The notes under the pieces were generated by a model that saw nothing but the letters and a program-made list of their open reading frames with translations, was not told where the DNA came from and did not search any database. From Mobula hypostoma (Eukaryota): DNA of 64,000 bases. The stretch is from NCBI RefSeq assembly GCF_963921235.1, contig NC_086098.1:3224001-3288000 (forward strand), written 5' to 3'. Of the stretch, positions 62,330 through 64,000 are shown piece after piece. Each line of letters opens with the position of its first letter. Position 1 is the first letter of the stretch. Position numbers and translations under genes: made by a program.

Positions 62330-62827
62330 TAGTGTTCAGTTCTGGCCGCCTCACTAAAGGAAGGATATAGAATTTTTCGGGAGGGCGCAGAGGAGATTTA
62401 CCAGGATGCTGCCTGGATTATAGAGCATGTCTTGTGAGGATAGGTTGAATGAGCTAGGGCTTTTCCCTCCGGAGTGAAGGAGGATGAGATTTGACTTGAT
62501 AGAGGTGTACAAGATGATAAGAGGCATAGATAGAGTGGACAGTGGATACTTTTTCCTAGGGCTGATGCAAGAGGGCACAATGTTAGGGTGATTGGAGGAA
62601 AGGGGGATGTCAGAGACAAGTTCCTTTACACAGACAGTGATGGGTGTGTGGCAGAGGCAGGGTGGTGAGAGAGGCAGATACATTACAGACATTTAAGAAA
62701 CTCTTAGATAGAAAAAAAGGGCTATATGGGAGGAAAAGGTTAGATTAATTTAGAATAGTTTAAAATATTGATAAAACAGTTTGAGCCAAAGGGTCTACAC
62801 TGTGCTGTAATTTTCTATGTTCTATGT
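62330..62827 (+). mobile_element. CR1 3' fragment
   Basis: VQFWPPH, RRFTRMLPGL; (TTCTATG)n tail. Confidence 0.78.
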
Positions 62828-63299
62828 TAAAACAGCCCCAATGTGGTCTCAGCAACATCCTTTACATTAATAACACCCCTGTACTCCAAACCGCACATAA
62901 CAGAAAATATTTACCTTCCTAAGCACCTGCTGTAGTTGTGTACCAACCTTTTTAAAAGATAAATATTCACCAGTATTCCTATCAAAGTGAATGATCTTAT
63001 ATTTCCTTACATCATTTGAAATTAGCCATCTTCCTTCTTTATTACCTGGCCTCTCAGCATTACTTTGCATGCAATCTCCTTTGAATCAATTTTCTTTGGT
63101 AGATGTGTCCTAATACTAAGGTAAAATATAAATAATGAAGCTCAGGAATTAGAAATGAGCCATGAATTGCATCCCTCAACTTTCATATTACACTTGTTCA
63201 CAGAATAATAATAATAACAATAATGCTTTTGTATTTATTATTCTGCCTGTTTGATTATTCAACAACATTTACCACTGCAAAAGAATTGCTTTCTTTCAA

Positions 63300-63453
63300 A
63301 CAACAGGAATTCTGCAGATGCTGGAAATTCAAGCAACACACATAAAAGTTGCTGGTGAACGCCTGACGAAGGGTCTCGGCCTGAAACGTTGACTGCACCT
63401 CTTCCTAGAGATGCTGCCTGGCCTGCTGCGTTCACCAGCAACTTTAATGTGTG
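63300..63453. mobile_element. Fold-back PLE mini-element (154 bp)
   Basis: Arms 63331-63362 and 63428-63459; 14-bp TSD TTGCTTTCTTTCAA at 63286-63299 and 63454-63467. Confidence 0.9.
63363..63394 (+). ncRNA. Hammerhead motif, intact core, 5' strand of stem I lost at the inversion junction
   Basis: CTGACGA-AGG(GTCTCGG)CCT-GAAA-CG-TT-GACT. Confidence 0.6.
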
Positions 63454-64000
63454 TTGCTTTCTTTCAACATTTTTTCAGTTTATTTTCCATTGATACCTCT
63501 CGCTGCAGTCCAATCTTACTTTCTTCCTGTACTTAAAAAGGATCAGCCATGACTGAATGGTGGAGCAGACTCGATGGGCCAAATAGCCTAATTCTAGCCC
63601 TATGTCATATGGTCTTCTGGTCTTAAAATCAAAACAGTTCCTCAAGGTATTGACTCAAGCACACCAGTGTTTTCAGGAGAGACGAGACTATTAATTAATT
63701 AATTTAGCAACACAGCATAGAACAGCTCTTCAATTCAAGTTTAATTGTCATTCAACCAGACATGTATACCCAGCCAAATGAGACAATGTTACTGTGGGGT
63801 CAAGATATAAAACATGGTACAGACAGTCATACACAGCACAAAGCACACACCAGATAGCAATCACATAATAAAAGAGTCCCAAAACAAGAGAGACGACAAC
63901 AATGCCCATCTCCCAGTGAGCGAACGGTGAGGGCAGCACCGACTCCACACTGCCCCTGGCGGTTGGCACGGCCCCAATGTCCCACCCATACCTGGCAACA

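Overview
Eukaryotic, repeat-saturated intronic or intergenic DNA. The repeat families suggest a cartilaginous fish such as a ray or shark (inference). Almost every ORF in the track is decayed transposon sequence: CR1, Rex1/Babar, L2 and L1 LINEs, Penelope-like elements (PLEs), a Mag-type Gypsy element, solo LTRs, hAT, Tc1 and mariner MITEs, and tRNA-derived SINEs, often nested. One convincing host exon lies on the minus strand (36260-36378). It encodes FNDPYWPLQWEL, the motif at the start of a proprotein-convertase (furin/PCSK-like) catalytic domain; no other convertase exon was recognised. The most interesting signal is a set of PLE derivatives carrying minimal hammerhead-ribozyme motifs (CTGANGA...GAAAC-GTH). 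Among them are three 150-230 bp non-coding fold-back mini-elements with perfect 13-14 bp target-site duplications (TSDs), whose inversion junctions all fall at the ribozyme core. Boundaries without TSD support are approximate.
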